Below are positions 38,477-50,401 of a stretch of DNA of 64,000 nt, piece after piece. The translations under genes were made by a program, and so were the position numbers. Position 1 is the first letter of the stretch, and every line of letters begins with the position of its first letter. This DNA comes from Eukaryota sp. GEM-RC1 (Eukaryota), in the NCBI GenBank assembly GCA_040285855.1, contig JAUFOQ010000006.1, positions 1,984,001 to 2,048,000 on the forward strand. Reading direction: 5' to 3'. The notes under the pieces were generated by a model, which saw only the letters and a program-made list of their open reading frames with translations, made no database searches and was not told the origin of the DNA.

Positions 38477-39300
38477 TTGGTGACCAAGACTTGTCTGGCT
38501 TGGTCAAATAAAGTCCATGTTGCTTTTGACATTGTGATTTTACCTCATAATGCCCCACCTAAGAAGGCCAAAGTCCAAAACAAAGTCTATCGAAGAGGCT
38601 CTTATCATCCAACCAATGGTATCCCTTTAGATAATGAGCAAATTTCAATTAGGTACATTTTGGACCGCTTGGTACCATTTTCAATTAAGAGAAGTTGTGT
38701 TATAGCTATTCATCTTCCGTTTGATCTCTTTCGCTTTAACACTGATGGTACATCTCATGATATTACTTTGGAAAGTCCAATCAAAGAAATTTCTAACAAT
38801 TATCTTGAAGAACTGTTATTACTTTACAATTCTAATTGCCAATCCAATTCTTATACCAATCCTAATTCTATTGTTTCTGAAGTTGTCCAAGAAAACTCTT
38901 CTATCGATCCTTTTTTCTTGGAATACGACTGTAATGTTAATCTTTTTCTCAAAACTAAAAAATTCATGTTGAATCGTGATGAATTAAGACAAATTGTTGA
39001 ATCAGACACTAACATTGATGACCATGCTTAAAGAAATGGTCGATTTACTTATTATTCAAACTCTTAAGAACTGTGAATCGAACTATGTTTTACTACCAAT
39101 GAATTCAAGGCGTACACTTTTGCTTGATATGTTGTCTTATCGAATCAAAATGAGGTCAAAGTTTATGGGTGTTCTTTCAAAGTCTAAAATCTTAATCCCT
39201 AATGGGACTCAGACAGAGAAAACGTGGAAGACTTGAGGACATTAACACATCTCATTAAAAGAAACAACTCAATTATTATAATTTAATATTCTCTGTAGTA
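38477..39300 (+). pseudogene. Fragmented paralog of a lineage-specific LRR-type gene
   Basis: Broken ORFs 38477..39031 and 38994..39236 next to the LRR gene; weak support. Confidence 0.3.
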
Positions 39301-39803
39301 TCGAAATGATGCGTTTTTGATCAATTGTTTTGGATTTTTTCATTCATGATTGTTCACACTCACCACAGTTTCAGTGAGTTTTTTTGAGAGATTTCAGTTG
39401 ATAATGTTAAAACTGATGACAATTGACCAAGAGAAGGTTAATGTCGATGTTCGAATTCTGTCTGTACCAATGTCTGGTGAACAATGATGGGAATTACTCC
39501 TGCCATAGACAAGAGATCTCTTTAGAGATCTCAAAGGTGAAGAACAAAAAGATTGAAAAGGCAAGTTCCCATTCTAACGAATCTCATCAGAAACAGTTTC
39601 CTTATCCATCTTTAAGAAAGTCAGAGTCACATCAAGAGTAACAGTGGCAGCAACAAGTAAAACCTGACACTGAATAAAGTGAAAGTAGCGTTGAAAAGGA
39701 ATTGCTTCTCTTTAAGGGTTTAGGTCAAAAGTCTAACAATCGTCTGGAGAATTCCAAAGACTGCTTCTTGCTTCTTGTAGAACTCTAGGTCTCCTCTTTC
39801 TCA

Positions 39804-42689
39804 ATGTCCCTCGCAACTTCCTCAGTTTGTCCATCATTAGACTCTTCCACCTGTCTTGTCATTCCTTCTCTTAGAACCATTTCTTTGTCAGAATCTCAAT
39901 TGGTCTTGATCAATTTCTACTTACTTAGACGACGATTCTCTTTTCCACAAAAAGAAAGACGGGGGTCTTTTCAAACATCAAACTCAAACGCATTCACTCC
40001 ATCGTTTGCATAAAGTGATATCCTTCTTCTTTGATACTGTTGGATATGTCAGTCAGCGTTTTTTTCGTTGCACCTTTCCTGCAGTGAAGATCTTTCTCGA
40101 AGCAACCACGATCCCTACTTCAACTGAGCTTCCCAAACTCTCTGCTTTTGCTGCTTTCTTTGGTAGTCAGATCAATTCAGTCTCTTTAGTGTTATCTCGA
40201 AAGTCTCAACCCAGTAACTTCACTAAGTATTCTTCTATTATTACTCTCTTGGAACTTTCTCTTTTCGATGCTAAGTGGAAAAGTCTGCTTGATCATTCAT
40301 CTCCTCATTTCTTGCCACGTGTAACACGTGTTCACTGCTTTCATTTTTCTATGGAGAGCGTCCGTTTGATGTGTAAGTCTTTAAAGTCAAATACTGTTGT
40401 GACAGATTTGTATTTTGAAATGGATTCTTTTAGTTCAACTGAAGCAACTTCTCTTGCAGAAATGTTTTATTCAAATACCACTTTAACAAATGTTAAGCTA
40501 AGTCTTCATTCTCGTTATGCCTTGCGAGATGAAGATGTTTCGATTTTGTTTAATTCTCTTGGAGCTAATTGTTCAGTTCAACAACTTGATCTATCTAATC
40601 TTCGTCTACAATCTTTCAATTCTCTTTTACCACTTCTAAATAATTCTAGTATTAAAACTATCTTGTTTCCTCGATGTGATGTCTCTCATTCTTCTTTCTT
40701 TGACGGTCTTATGGACAACTCGTGTCTTCAAGAACTCAGCTTCAATCATTCTAATTTTTGTCTTGAAGGACTTGCAGAGGTCATAAAGTTCAACAAAACT
40801 TTAAAAAAGTTGACAATGTTGTCAAATTCTTGTCTATCACCAATTTTTAAAAGTCTTGAATCCAACAATGCTCTACTAGAACTTGATCTTCGCTGTTCTG
40901 GTTTTGATTCTACATGTCTCGAGTCTTTAGTCGGAATGTTACTTAGAAACAGAACATTACTTGTCTTGACAATTGATTGTAGTTTTGCTCCAGCAAACTT
41001 TGACTCCGTATTAGAAGCTCTGGCAACCAATCCAGTACTTAAGAAAGTCAGTTTTCCTTCACTAAATCTGGGTTGTTTAATCTTGATCTTCAAAGCCAAA
41101 TCGACTCAAAATTCAATTTCAAATATCCATGTTGATGTTGCTCCTCATTCAATTGATGTTTCACGTGGAATTATTCATTATGACCGAATGGTTTACAACT
41201 ATGAGCTGTCGGCACTTTTGAAAGCTTTGAAATCCAACTTTCCTATTAACAGTGTTGAATGTCGTGGTCTGGGAGATCTCAATTTAGAATCAATTCTAGT
41301 ATTATTTGAAATTTTGTCTATTAACAAATCAGTCATTGATGTCAATTCATCTCCACATTTTATTGATATTTCTTCTGGAACTATTCATTATCAAAAAGTT
41401 GTTCGTACTGATGAGTTTTCCTTACTTTTAAGAGCTCTAAAATCAGGAATTCCCCTTAATCGTATTGAATGTCCCGTCGTGAGATGTGGAAATGTGAAAG
41501 GTCTTGTAACGTTATTTGAAATTCTGTCCATCAACAAATCATTGATTGATGTCGATTTTGCTCCTCATTTCGTTGATGTTGAACGTGGAATCTTTTGTTA
41601 TTCACCAGTAAAACGTACCATCATAACTAGTCAAATGGTTTTAAATTTGAAACATCTTCTGAGTTCCTTTGATGTGAAGGAGTTGATTTTTAAAAATGTC
41701 GCTTTGCCAACAGTGTCATCTCTATTTTGAGTGATTTGTTGAGCAAGACATGTTCGTTGACTGTGATTGACTTTAGTGAATCTATCCTAATTGATGAAGA
41801 TTTTCTGATTAGTAGAGCTCAATTCATTCCTGAATCGAAATATGTCAATCTTTGTACAAGTATTATTGGAGTTAAAAGTCTTTTAACTGTGTTTGAGCAA
41901 TTCTACACTCACCAATCACTTAAAATTGTACGAATTTCAGATCATTCAATTGATTTTGGTTCTAATTTAATTAGTTACAACCAATGTATTACAAATGATG
42001 ATTTAGTTCAATTTTTAAAAGTTTTAAAGTTCAATATTCCTGTTAAACGACTTGATTGTACTGGATTGAAAAGCCCAAATTTAGAAGGTCTAATTAATTT
42101 GTTTCAAATTCTTTCCATTAACAAGTCAGTTATCAATTTAGATATTTCCCCTCATTTAGTTGATGTTGAAAATGACGTTCTTTGTTTTTCTCCAAAAAGG
42201 TCCACCAAGATATCAGCTGTTGTTGTCTCATCATTAGAGACTTTTTTAAATAAGTTCAATGTCCAGGGACTTTTACTTAAAAAGTGTCGCTTTGATGAAG
42301 ATGCCATGACTGCTTTGTCTGTTTTACTTAGGAACAACAATTCATTGACTTCTCTTGTCCTCAGTCACTGTAAACTTTCTGATGAAAATTTCAAACAAAT
42401 TGTGAGTGCACTTCAGCTTAATTCATCGAGGCTTGACAAACTTAGTTTAGGTGGAAATTGTATTGGAAATGAAGGTGCTATTGCATTGGCGGATACATTG
42501 AAAGAGAATTTGTCTATTAAAACGATTTCTTTGGGATCAAACTCCATTGGAAATGAAGGGGCAGAATCAATTAGTCAAGCATTGTTAATGAATACCAATG
42601 TTACTTTGATTAAATTATTCTCAAACCCAATCGATTCTAAAACGAAAGAATATGTTTGTAGAATTTCCAATGATCGGGTAATCTGTTAA
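39804..42689 (+). CDS. RNI-like leucine-rich repeat protein (two frameshifts)
   Basis: LSLGGNCIGNEGAIALADTLKEN repeats and internal ~58-aa repeats (LFEILSINKS..D..PH.ID). Confidence 0.75.
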
Positions 42690-43199
42690 TGTTTTCTTTT
42701 GTCAGATTTCTAATTTGATTTCTTCATTAGTTGTGCAGATTTCATCAGTCAGATGACCTTTTCCTTCCAAAGTTGGTAGTTGTACCGGAAAAAGAAACCT
42801 TTCATATTTTGCAATATTGTTACATATTACCGATTGACAATTAATTCTCAGGTGACCCAGCTGCTGACAATAGATAAATATCAAAAATATTTTTCAACAT
42901 CCCTGTGTAGAACTATTAGAAAAACTATGCTTCAAATCTTATATGGCTCTGAACCACATGAGCAGATTTGTTTCATTATTTATTATTTGGTCATATACTA
43001 TAAAGACCAACCTTTCTCTCTATATTCACATGAATATGACATTAGACCGCCGCAGCATGAATTCTAATTCTTCCAGCTATACCACTGCAAAACGTACGTT
43101 CATAAACATCACCTTCCTTAAAAAACGCGTGTTTATTCAAACCATTAGAACGGTTCTCTAAACATTTCACACGCTGTATGATATGTAACATCAGTTGTA

Positions 43200-45015
43200 T
43201 TCTAAAGTATGCCTTGATCGTTGTACAGATCAATTTGATTCATTTAACGAGTTGAGGATTAATTCTGTTGTATCATTGATAAAAGTTGATTCAACGTTAC
43301 TTAGAAGTCACATGTTTACTTCTGCTCGGTTTGGTTGTATTGTTTTTTCCAAATCGTCAATTCTTTGCTTTTTATAGATGGCGGAAAAAGTTTCATTTTT
43401 GATGATATCACTTATTAATAATAAACATTAGGAAATACGTTATTAACCCCAATTCATGTAAATTTTTATATGACTTAAACGAAACGCTGGTAAAACTACT
43501 TTTTGAAGTTTGGTTTCAATGTGTCCCAGAATCTGTGTCTGAAATACCTGCAAGATGTTTGACTAATCTTCAGTTTTGTCTGAAAAAATTGCAACAAATA
43601 CTAACATAGATATTTCAAAGCATGGATTATAATGTTCGACTTGGCATGGCCAAAGAAAATTGGCTTTGGACTGCTTTTGCAAATTTCTTAATGAATGTTT
43701 CAAATAGCTCTGCTTCATGTATGATTACTCAAATCCCTCAAGTTCACGGTCGTTTTCTTGATGATAACTCTTGGTCATTAAACATCCGTTTACAGTCATT
43801 TATTTGGCCTGATAACCTTCCACACAATTTGAAATGCTAAGGTGGGCAATCTGTAACACCTACACATATATTGAATTGTAACCGTTATATTTCTTTTAAA
43901 AGTGAGGTTCATGATTCTGTAAGGGATCAACTATATTTTATGTGTAAATCTTAGAGTTGCACAGGACGTATTTTACGTACACGTCCGTCTTGAGACGTAA
44001 CTTCAGATAAAGAGACGTTAGTGTCTGTTCAATATTGGGGTTATAATTATCAGCAAATCCCGTCACTTATCGACATCTACAGTGCCACTATTATGTACTA
44101 AAGTGAATTGACCAGGAATTTATTGTTTCTTTAGTGTCATAAATTATATTTGTTTGCCCTTTTCGTGTATATCACATCAAATCATCTAAGAAGAGTGGCC
44201 AAAACAAATTACTGAAGTCAATTACTGGATTCAGAAACTCTTCTGTCCTCACAATGAACCACATCATCTTCACCATCACCCACTTGGTCTTGATCAATGG
44301 TTCCTGTCATCAGGATTCACTTCAAAAGCAATGTTATAGTGACCAATTTATGATCATGATGAAAATGGAGAGATGATGAGGGGAGGAGGAAAAATGTTGC
44401 GTCTACCGAATTTCACGTATTGGAACGAATTAGACGTGGACGCGTATTAATTCGTATTTTGACGTGCCAAGGTGACGTATTGTGCAATCCTAGTAAATCT
44501 TATGGAATAGTCTCCTTTTTAGAACCAGTTCTGGCTGGTTTGTTTGATGATACAGATGTTGAAAAATAGTTTGGAAATAGCCGTGGTGATGTCATATTTC
44601 CTGGTCTCGATGGATCATTCATTATTGCTGATGTTATGTCTATCGACGTTTGTAATGGTTCCAACAATAAACTTGATAAATTTAATGCTAAAAACACTCT
44701 GTTGATTGGTGAAAAATGTAAAATGGAACAGTATTGTGCTAAACTGAAATTATTGAATTCGGTTTCACACTCTCATTACTTGTTGTACCCTTTTGTATTT
44801 TCATTGTACGGTTCTTAAGGTGAATCTGCAACATCATTACTTGAAATCTTTGTGAAGATTGTATAAGAAAAACATCTAGGACTTTTGATCTGGTATAGAA
44901 GGTATGGGGACTGCTGTAACTAGCGCTTTGTTATCTCTTGGCAGACAATATGAGGATAAGGTAGGTGAGAATTTCCAGATAGGCAATCTGGACTTTGAGG
45001 ATATTGATTATTAGA
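43200..45015 (+). mobile_element. Degraded non-LTR retrotransposon 3' half (CCHC knuckle + restriction-like endonuclease), interrupted by a MITE
   Basis: SFNELRIN; HILNC..HDSVRDQLYFMCKS|YGIVSFLEPVL is restored when 43952-44500 is removed; SRGDVIFPG..IIADV..YPFVFSLYG. Confidence 0.7.
43952..44492. mobile_element. hAT-type MITE (541 bp)
   Basis: Imperfect TIRs TAGAGTTGCACA / TGTGCAATCCTA; 8-bp TSD GTAAATCT at 43944-43951 and 44493-44500; ACGT-rich subterminal motifs. Confidence 0.85.
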
Positions 45016-45355
45016 TGTGTGTACACTGTAGTGTTATTGTCAATATTGAAGCTTTCTTGTTGGACAGAAGGATCATAGTTTAGATACTTTAGTTAGTGTC
45101 TGTTAGTTATTAACTTCTGCAAATGCATTTATTTCACTGACTCATCATAAACCCCGTTTTTTTTCTTGTATTTTTGAAGTATAAAAAGATTCATTAAATT
45201 GCTGAGAAGAAACCGTAGCTCAAGACAAGCCGTTAGTATTAATTAAATATCATTGACACCAATTGGAAGCAGCACAAATTTGACACAGTCAGTAACTGTG
45301 GTCTGGAACGTTCGATTCGAAATTTGGTTCATTAAAGATTTGTTTTCAGCCCAAA

Positions 45356-45889
45356 ATGACTTCCTTCTCGGAGTTTTCTCTTGATCATCTACTCCAATTC
45401 TCTGCAGTCAATGTTGATCCGTTCACTGAAACGTTTGGGATGTCGTTTTATCAAAACTATCTTTCAAAATACCCTGACTATTGTTTAACAGCATCCTCTT
45501 CTCTGGGCAACATTTCTGGATACATGATTGGTAAAGCAGAGGGAGAGGGCGAGCTGTGGCATGGTCATATCAGCGCAGTCACAGTTTCTCCCAGCTATCG
45601 TAGAATGGGTTTGGCTAAACATCTCATACAATGGATCGAAGATCAGTCTGACAACCAACGCTGTTACTTCGTTGATCTCTTTGTGAGAGACACAAACATC
45701 AACGCCATTGAGATGTATAAGGTCTTAGGGTATGTTATTTATAGAACAGTTCTAGGATACTATATGGATCCCAATGGGAAACAGAGCAATGCATATGACA
45801 TGAGGAAGTCACTCAAGCAAGACTCTGAGAAGAAGTCCATGATACCACTGCCATATCCTATTACCCCTGACGAACTAGAGTGGAGGTAG
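45356..45889 (+). CDS. NAA20: N-terminal acetyltransferase NatB catalytic subunit
   Basis: NVDPFTETF, GKAEGEGELWHGHISAVTVSPSYRRMGLA, FVDLFVR, AYDMRK. Confidence 0.93.
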   Translation: MTSFSEFSLDHLLQFSAVNVDPFTETFGMSFYQNYLSKYPDYCLTASSSLGNISGYMIGKAEGEGELWHGHISAVTVSPSYRRMGLAKHLIQWIEDQSDNQRCYFVDLFVRDTNINAIEMYKVLGYVIYRTVLGYYMDPNGKQSNAYDMRKSLKQDSEKKSMIPLPYPITPDELEWR

Positions 45890-45945
45890 GTGGTGTGAGT
45901 GTTATAAAAATTATATATATGCAAAATAAATCATTTTTATACATC

Positions 45946-48699
45946 TTAACGACGCTTTCCCTTACCCTTTCTCTTCTTTCTACTTCCCTTTGATCCTCCC
46001 CCATTGTTTCCTGTTCGTTTGGGCGTAGGATCCGGAACCGAAACTTCTGGAATGTTGGATTTTTCAGGCAAGTCATCCACTGAATTGCCTGCATTCTCAG
46101 TCTCGTTCTCGCTTTCAGAATATTCGGATTCAGAAGCATCAGATTCTTGTTGGTCACTTTCAACTTGTTTAGCTTCAGCTTCAACAGGTTTTGACTCAAC
46201 AACTTCTTGATCTATTTGTTCTTCAACAACTTCAGCTTCAACAGGTTTTGATTCAACAACTTCTTGTTCGCCAACTTCAGGTGTAACTTCAGCTTCAACA
46301 GGTTTTGACTCAACAACTTCTTGATCTATTTGTTCTTCAACAACTTCAGCTTCAACAGGTTTTGATTCAACAACTTCTTGTTCGTCAACTTCAGGTGTAA
46401 CTTCAGCTTCAACAGGTTTTGACTCAACAACTTCTTGATCTATTTGTTCTTCAACAACTTCAGCTTCAACAGGTTTTGATTCAACAACTTCTTGTTCGTC
46501 AACTTCAGGTGTAACTTCAGCTTCAACAGGTTTCGACTCAACAACTTCTTGATCTATTTGTTCGTCAACTTCAGGTGTAACTTCAGCTTCAACAGGTTTT
46601 GATTCAACAACTTCTTGTTCGTCAACTTCAGGTGTAACTTCAGCTTCAACAGGTTTTGACTCAACAACTTCTTGATCTATTTGTTCTTCAACAACTTCAG
46701 CTTCAACAGGTTTTGATTCAACAACTTCTTGTTCGTCAACTTCAGGTGTAACTTCAGCTTCAACAGGTTTTGACTCAACAACTTCTTGATCTATTTGTTC
46801 TTCAACAACTTCAGCTTCAACAGGTTTTGATTCAACAACTTCTTGTTCGTCAACTTCAGGTGTAACTTCAGCTTCAACAGGTTTTGACTCAACAACTTCT
46901 TGATCTATTTGTTCTTCAACAACTTCAGCTTCAACAGGTTTTGATTCAACAACTTCTTGTTCGTCAACTTCAGGTGTAACTTCAGCTTCAACAGGTTTTG
47001 AGTCAACAACTTCTTGATCTATTTGTTCTTCAACAACTTCAGCTTCAACAGGTTTTGAGTCAACAACTTCTTGATCTATTTGTTCTTCAACAACTTCAGC
47101 TTCAACAACTTCTTGTTCGTCAACTTCAGGTGTAACTTCAGCTTCAACAATCTCTTGATCTATTTGTTCTTCAACAACTTCAGCTTCAACGGGTTTTGAC
47201 TCAACAACTTCTTCACTAGCCTCACCCTGATTATGAGCAATAAACTCTTGCTTAATCTCAGCAAAAGACAACTGTTCATTTCCAGATCCAGACCAAGACT
47301 TATTCCTCCTAATAGAGATAACCTCTTCCCCTTGACTTCCAAACTCCGAAGCTCTCTGTACAGTTTCCTGGTTGTCTTCTGAATATCCTTGTTCAATCTC
47401 CAAAGGAACTTCATCAATACTCAAGTCCCTAATCCAACGCCATCATCACGTGTTGATGGCGTCGTGATTGACTGTTCGACTGTATTGACCTTAACTAAGA
47501 ACTGAGAATCAAGCACGGCAACCTGCACATTCAGTAGCTGTAGAAGCTCGGAATGATTGGTGAGGAGAAGCAGAACAACATCCTTAGCCTGCATTGCGTG
47601 GGTTTTAGTTAGTTTAACTCCAGGGAATGGAGGGATTATCAAGGATGCAACACAGAAAGCCAAATCATTAAACGTCATTTGATTGAAGTCCTTAAACCTC
47701 TCAACTTCCGCTAGAACCACCAGGAAAGAACACAGAGTGCCCACAGCTTGAGGCTGCACTAGACTAGCTATACGAGACAGGAAATCAGTGGTAGAGATCG
47801 ATTCAATCTCCTTAGAAAGTTCAGTGAGCTCAATATCAGACTGGAGAGTGATTAGAGAGAAAGGAAGTGAAGATACGATCTTCTTGGCAACTGAAGCAAC
47901 GATGGCTGGAGAGAACCTTGCTGGAATAGGTTCATTGTAGTGGAGGGAAAGCCATAGAATGACAGAGTCGATGACGTCAGGAGCATGTGAGGAGCGGAAG
48001 AGATATTCTGTACGGAGAGATTCTGCTCTTACTATTCGTTCGAAGCAAGCAAGGAGAGGAGGGGGGACTGTGGAGGATTCGTCAAAATGACCAAGGACTG
48101 GCATTTCTGGGACAAGGGCTAGCCTTTCAGGGGGGATATCATCAGGGAGAGCGAAAAAGACAGATGATGGCGTATCACCAGCAACAATTTGAAGAGTAGA
48201 GAGAGGCAGTTGTAGCCTGACTGGAGCAAAGAAGCCATCTAAGTCAGAAAGACGAGAGACGGGGTGATACTTGGCGGTAAACTTCGAGGAGATGAAGGGG
48301 CGAAGAACGAAGAACACAAAGTTAGTCCAGAGACTGGGACGGAGAAGGAAGAGGTTTACAATGTGCTTTCGAACCGAGCGAGGGAGGGAGTGGTAGAAAT
48401 GCTTGAGCTGGGAATGCGACAACCTCACTCCGTCACTTCCCTGGCTGTTAATCAGGATGACTGCGTATTCCTTGTGAGAAATTGCGCTTAACTGACGGAG
48501 AAGATACAGAAATAAATCATCCGCAGAGCAATCGCAGCGATTAAGATCAACTACAAGGACAGGATGTCCTTGAACATCTTCTCCTGCTATGTATACAGGG
48601 TAATATTCTTGGACATGTGCCAATGAAGTGGCAAAAGACTGGTCAACTAACTCGGTGAAGCGAGCCTCCTGTTGTATCTCTTGTTCGGAATTAGACATT
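45946..48699 (-). CDS. BCH/CRAL-TRIO + RhoGAP protein, probably continuous (frameshift at ~47425) with an acidic repeat tail
   Basis: [20 protein letters not shown] (BCH-like), [19 protein letters not shown] (RhoGAP-like); ORFs 47421..48755 and 45946..47424 overlap by 4 nt. Confidence 0.7.
46170..47215. repeat. Coding tandem repeat: alternating 57-bp units (114-bp dimer)
   Basis: [19 protein letters not shown] / [19 protein letters not shown]. Confidence 0.93.
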
Positions 48700-49192
48700 C
48701 TATTGCAGATGCAGATGGAACAAATGCTTTTCATTTTTGGAGGTCGAAATTGCATTTCCTCCTAACGTGCTGGAGTAGTTTTCATTTTGGGTGAATACTA
48801 CTAGTAGTATCCCCATTTTACCAATTCCCCCACACACCCAATTCCCACAAACTCTTTTTACTTATAGGATACACTTTTGAGATGCTCTGGGACTCAAGAC
48901 TCGACTTAACGAGCATGTCTATCCACGCTTCGGAAGGCACCAAAGTGACGGCTGTTTGGTCCTATCTCTGGACGGGGAGAACCATCTTTCTTTCTTCCTT
49001 TTCTCGCAAAGTATGATCTCTCGCTGGATAAACAGTGCATATTCTCCTTCTTATGATAATCTTTCATCTTCTCATTCTGACCGTCACAAGCTGAAAGCAT
49101 ATGTTGACTTGGAAATCTTGATTCATTATGTTTTTCTTTTGTTCATAAAGTTAAGCCATATATGCCAGTCTATTATCACTATCTATTGTCTT

Positions 49193-50376
49193 TTAGTTGT
49201 CACAAGATGTGTAATACAAGATTTGTAACACAAGATGTGTAATACAAGATGTGTAATACAAGATGTGTAATACAAGATGTGTTTTACAAGATGTGTAATA
49301 CAAGATGAAACTATCAAAATTACCTATATTGTCCAATCTTTTCAAAATTAAATATAATTCAAATAAAACACACATACCAGTCTTTTCATCATTTTTCAAA
49401 TACTCTTTCAAAACATGAAACAATTCCACAAGCACATCACTACAATAACGTTCATCAACATTATCCTTATTAATCACATCGGTAATGTAACAGTTCCTTA
49501 TTGTTTTCACTTCCATACTTGATGCAGATTCAGATCCAATACAATCTAGTACATTATCGACAATTGACTGAATTCCAATAGTTAAGTCCACTCTCAATTG
49601 TTTGTAAGTAGCAACACGATTATACTCCAAAATAGGAGACAATGATATTGTTTCATAAGTCACATTGTCAGTTTGTTGATATTCACATATGGAATCACAT
49701 TTTTCATTTTCAAAGCTTTCAGTCTGAACTTCCTTGAGACAAAATCGTTTTTCATCATCAATAAGAGGAAACACTTGGGAACTTTTTCTTTCTATACCAG
49801 CACTGACATTCTTATTTAATAATAAATTCTTCGTTGGTAAAGGGGTTTTCTTCAAACGGGGAAGCGATGGTAGAGTAATGTTGCCTCGTGGTAATTGAGG
49901 AAGTTTAGACTTATTGACACAAATCTCAGCAGAATTTTTGTTAAAAATTGAGTCACAATTAATAAATTTGGGAGGAATATTAGTTTCATCTTCTTCAAGT
50001 TCATCATTTACAACAAAATCATCTAAACTTGTTGAAATTGTATCATTATCAGATTCATCACCAGAATCGGATCCTGATAGTACAGCTTCTGTTTCAAATA
50101 AATTTGATTTTTCGAAATGGTTTAAACGATTTTTTCCAAGTCAATAATTTTTTCATCAACATTATCAACAATAACTTCATCAACACAATGAACATCTTCA
50201 GGAACAACAACATCATCCGTAATTGGTTCACTCGATTCTGCACAAAAGTTTGCAAACAATGAATTAAAATGATTGAAATCTCGTTGAAGACAATGTTGAT
50301 TTCCCAAAACATACAAATCAATAGTTGATGGCTTAACAGGATGAAAAGTTGAATAATACCATTGATACAATTCCAA
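49193..50376 (-). CDS. Hypothetical protein antisense to Fanzor (probably one frameshifted gene)
   Basis: ORFs 50122..50376 and 49193..49855; ends within the 14-bp array. Confidence 0.4.
49201..49307. repeat. 14-bp tandem array, ~8 copies; reverse complement of the 12474-12660 array
   Basis: caagat at 49203, 49217, 49231, 49245, 49259, 49273, 49287 and 49301. Confidence 0.93.
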
Positions 50377-50401
50377 ATTTGGTACTGGATAACTTCTTAC
50401 A

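Noticed and set aside
12474..49307. The two inverted 14-bp arrays as TIRs of one 37-kb transposon
   Set aside because: The interval holds ordinary housekeeping genes and a tRNA; each array is better explained as the end of its own outward-pointing Fanzor element.
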